A stretch of 63,887 nucleotides of DNA, counting the filler, from Atractiella rhizophila (lineage: Eukaryota), in NCBI GenBank assembly GCA_021432655.1. It is 15 parts of 15 records of this genome, joined end to end, with 100 filler letters (N's around TTAATTAATTAA, not from the genome) between each part and the next. Parts side by side here need not be neighbours in the genome. Positions count along the whole stretch, not along the records: positions 62,680 to 63,887 come from MU272467.1; 14 more parts are not named here. One strand, given 5' to 3'. The translations under genes were made by a program, and so were the position numbers. The notes beneath the pieces were generated by a model. The model had not been told where the DNA came from, did not search any database, and saw nothing but the letters and a program-made list of their open reading frames with translations. Below are positions 62,680 to 63,887 of this stretch, piece after piece (position 1 is the first letter of the stretch; each line of letters starts with the position of its first letter).

Positions 62680-63887
62680 ATGGCTCTCACCTCCTTCAAT
62701 TCCGCCTCCGTCAGTTTGATTTGAAGTGCTTTCGCACTCTCTTGGACGCCGTCAACCCTTGTCTGCGTTCACAATTTTATATCTCTGATTAGGTGTGAAA
62801 GAAGGAGAAACGCACGGAACCGGGAATAGGGACCAGCTTGTCGTACTGATTCATTTCCCAAGCAAGGCAAAGCTGGGCATTCGTCAATCCCTTCTCCTTC
62901 GCTATGACAGCGATCTCATCGACAAGCTTGAGGTTGTGTCCAAAGTTCTCCGGCTGTGCCATCAATATGGAACCCTCAGGGCCAATCTTGCATGGACAGG
63001 TAGACAGCTGACCTGAAAGCGGTCCAGGTGTCTACGCAAATCACCTTCCGGAATGTCGTCGATGGAGCGCAATGTGCCGGTCAGAAAACCTCGCCCTAGT
63101 CAGTCAAGGCACTCAGTGGACTTGAAGAAGTGGTGAAGAGGACGAACCGAGAGGGGAGTAGGCTGCGATAGCTATCCCAAGCTCTTTACAAGCCGCCAAA
63201 ACGCCGTTATGCTCAATATCCAATGCCCAGGGAGAGTACTCCACTTCGACCTAGATCCATCATATAGTCTCGTTTGGGAGATAGGAGGAACTTGGAGGAA
63301 ACGAACCATAGCGATCGGATGAACTTTGTGAGCGCGTCTTATGGTCTCTGCCGAGCACTCAGAGAGACCAATAAAATCGAACTTTCCTTCGTCAATAAGG
63401 GTCTTCAAGTCCCCGATGACATCTTCAATCTGCCTGCCTATCTCCGTCACACCCCATCAGCCTTTCCACAGCATAATTAGCACAGTTAAAACCAAGAGAA
63501 ACGGACTCTTGTCGACACGAGCGCATTCGAACAGATCCAGTTTCTTCGTGCCAGCCAATGCCGCCAAAGTATTATCAACGCTCCTCCTTAACCCCTCCGT
63601 GCTCTGATCAGGTGCCAAGTTATTGATGTTGATGCCACCTTTGACGCTCAAGAAAGTCTTCTCTGAGTATTCAGGATATTTCTTAAAAAACCGAGAGAGA
63701 AGCGTCAAGTTGGCAGTTTGATTTGGAGCGTTTCCATAAAACTCGGCTGCTTCCTATTAGCAGGACCCTGTAAGTTAAAGTAAACCAACCGCTGTTCAGT
63801 AGATTACATCCTCCATCAATGGCTGCTTTGATAGCCGGGAAAGCTTGTTCGTCTGACTTGGGATTTGGGGTCCATGTACTGCTCAGC
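62680..63887 (-). CDS. Aldo-keto reductase, pyridoxal-reductase-like (partial, spliced)
   Basis: [54 protein letters not shown] and GFLTG. Confidence 0.92.

Noticed and set aside
1..63887. Gene cluster or multi-gene system spanning the window
   Set aside because: Contigs are ordered by length, so neighbours across spacers are unlinked.

Overview
Eukaryotic, intron-rich fungal DNA (probably a basidiomycete, inferred from protein families and ~50-nt GT-AG introns). The window is not one locus. It is 15 unlinked pieces, most ~4.5 kb, joined by 14 artificial 100-nt spacers (44 N + TTAATTAATTAA + 44 N) and sorted by length, so adjacency across spacers has no biological meaning. Recognisable host genes, many truncated: KHA1-type K+/H+ antiporter, RA-PH protein, Puf4/Mpt5-type Pumilio protein, cytochrome c heme lyase, HIS7, BuGZ/ZNF207, SWR1 C-terminus, SIS1-type DnaJ, dynactin p25, KNR4/SMI1, GPI18, a Zn2Cys6 transcription factor, a CsbD-like stress protein, RSM24, an ADH6-like N-terminus and a pyridoxal-reductase-like AKR. 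Mobile DNA: a copia 3' end with LTR, a hAT transposase relic, two hAT-type MITEs with 8-bp TSDs and a CACTA relic. Best leads: (1) an intronless, bacterial/viral-style DnaQ (DEDDh) exonuclease in transposon-like DNA; (2) two strongly diverged copies of one ~4.5-kb locus upstream of an ADH gene, one with a MITE and one with the empty site; (3) a 645-nt dynactin p25 intron holding a complete stop-containing cassette exon; (4) a compact PUF gene needing two weak GC donors. No multi-gene novel system can be demonstrated from this fragmented window.
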